Origin: Polyangiaceae bacterium
GTDB taxonomy: Bacteria > Myxococcota_A > Polyangia > Polyangiales > Polyangiaceae
Direction of reading: 5' to 3'
Length of the DNA stretch: 40,097 nt
Assembly: GCA_044222475.1 (NCBI GenBank)
Contig: JBGANF010000073.1
Location: forward strand, 1 to 40,097
Shown: positions 38,816-40,097 of the stretch, one piece after another
How positions within the stretch are numbered: the first letter of the stretch is position 1
Layout of the letters: every line of letters begins with the position of its first letter
Made by a program: the position numbers and the translations under genes
Notes under the pieces: model-generated
Told to the model about the DNA's origin: nothing
Database searches by the model: none
Seen by the model: the letters and a program-made list of their open reading frames with translations, nothing else

Positions 38816-39959
38816 GCACCCCCGTCCCGCTCCTCGATCTGAAGGCCCAGTACGACTCGATCCGCGGCGAGGTCGACGCGGCGATGGCCCGCGTCGTCGA
38901 GTCTCAGCACTTCATCCTCGGCCCCGAGGTCGAAGCGCTCGAGAAGAGCATCGCCGAGTACTCGGGATGCGAGCATGGCATCGGGCTCTCCTCCGGCACC
39001 GACGCGATCCTTTCGTCGCCCCCATGGCGCGGGAGTCAGCCCAGGGACGAGGTGATCACGACGCCGTACACGTTCGTCGCGACCGCGACGTGCATCGCTC
39101 GCCTCGGCGCGCGCGCCGTCTCCGTCGACATCGATCCCAAGAGCTTCAACGTCGACCCGTCCCGCATCGAAGCCGCCATCACGCCGCGCACGAAGGCGAT
39201 CGTCCCGGTGCATCTCTACGGGCAGATGGCGGACACCGCCGCGATCGCCGAGATCGCGGCCCGCCGCGGCATCCCCGTCGTCGAGGACGCCGCCCAGGCG
39301 ATTGGCGCCGAAGAGAACGGTCGCCGCGCCGATCGATCGGCGCGCTCGGGTGCCTCTCGTTCTTTCCGTCGAAGAACCTCGGCTGCTTCGGTGACGGTGG
39401 CATGGTCGTCTTGAACGACGCCAAGCTCGCCGACCGCGTGCGCCTGCTCCGCAACCAAGGCCAACGGCCCAAGTACTTCAGCATCGAGGTCGGAGGAAAC
39501 TTCAGGCTCGATGCGCTGCAAGCGGCGATCTTGCGCGCGAAGCTGCCCCACCTCGACGGGTGGACGGCGGGGCGCCAGCGCAACGCCGCCAAGTACCGCG
39601 CGCTCTTCGCCGAGAGCGGCCTCCGAGTCGCGCACGGCACGCTCGAGGGCGACGCCGAGATCGCGCTGCCGATCGAGCTCCCCGGGAGGCGTCACGTCTA
39701 CAACCAGTTCTGCATCCGCGTGCGGAAGCGCGACGCGCTGCGCGAGTACCTCGCGGCGAAGAAGATCGGCTCCGAGGTCTACTACCCGCAGCCGATGCAC
39801 CTCCAACGCTGCTTCGCCGACTGGGGCTATGCCGCCGGCGCGTTTCCGGCGAGCGAGCTCGCAGCGAACGAGTCGCTTGCGATCCCGATCTATCCGGAGC
39901 TGCAGCCTGAGATGCTGGAGACGGTCGTCTCGACCGTGCGGGCCTTCCTCCGATCATGA
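38812..39959 (+). CDS. DegT/DnrJ/EryC1/StrS aminotransferase, WbpE-like; frameshifted near 39330
   Basis: [38 protein letters not shown], then [23 protein letters not shown] and YYP.PMH in a different frame. Confidence 0.88.
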
Positions 39960-39978
39960 ACGACGAGTGGGGCGACCG

Positions 39979-40097
39979 ATGACCGACGACAAGAGCTTTT
40001 TCAAGGGCAAGAAGGTCATCGTGACCGGCGGCGCCGGCTTCATCGGCTCTGCACGTGTGCGAAGAGTCCTCCCGCTCGGCGCGGAGGTCTACTGCAT
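39979..40097 (+). CDS. NAD-dependent epimerase/dehydratase (N-terminal fragment, runs off the window)
   Basis: MTDDKSFFKGKKVIVTGGAGFIGS Rossmann motif. Confidence 0.8.
   Translation, partial: MTDDKSFFKGKKVIVTGGAGFIGSARVRRVLPLGAEVYC

Noticed and set aside
38500..39414. Programmed ribosomal frameshifting in wbpD or the aminotransferase
   Set aside because: No slippery heptamer with a stimulatory structure, and several scattered indels per gene fit sequence error better.

Overview
A GC-rich (roughly 70% by eye) bacterial chromosome segment. Gene content and style suggest a myxobacterium (Polyangiaceae/Labilithrix-like), which is an inference. Left to right: (1) a minus-strand type II secretion operon (gspC, small membrane ORF, gspD, E, F, a G-like gene, G, H, I) preceded by a canonical sigma54 promoter and an orphan NtrC-type activator; (2) housekeeping and metabolic genes (isochorismatase-like, 2Fe-2S ferredoxin, hutU, CAP lipoprotein, metallophosphoesterase, long-form hflX, a cytochrome c-fused copper monooxygenase lipoprotein, efp); (3) TPR, J-domain and lipoprotein genes; (4) a translationally coupled three-gene operon of a TPR-like membrane protein, an unannotated 70-aa membrane-anchored peptide with an RxGHxxNCSS motif, and a radical SAM/SPASM enzyme, which is the best candidate for an undescribed system; (5) murB and hrpB; (6) a glycan locus (nucleotidyltransferase, CapD/PglF-type dehydratase, O-antigen ligase-TPR, WbpB/D/E-like genes) whose last ~3.3 kb carries many indels, probably sequencing errors. 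Non-coding structure includes two related nested-palindrome elements, REP-like hairpins, a (GCTTCC)13 microsatellite, a G10 tract, probable leaderless and bidirectional promoters, and a probable ATC start codon for hflX. No rRNA, tRNA, CRISPR array or transposase was recognised.
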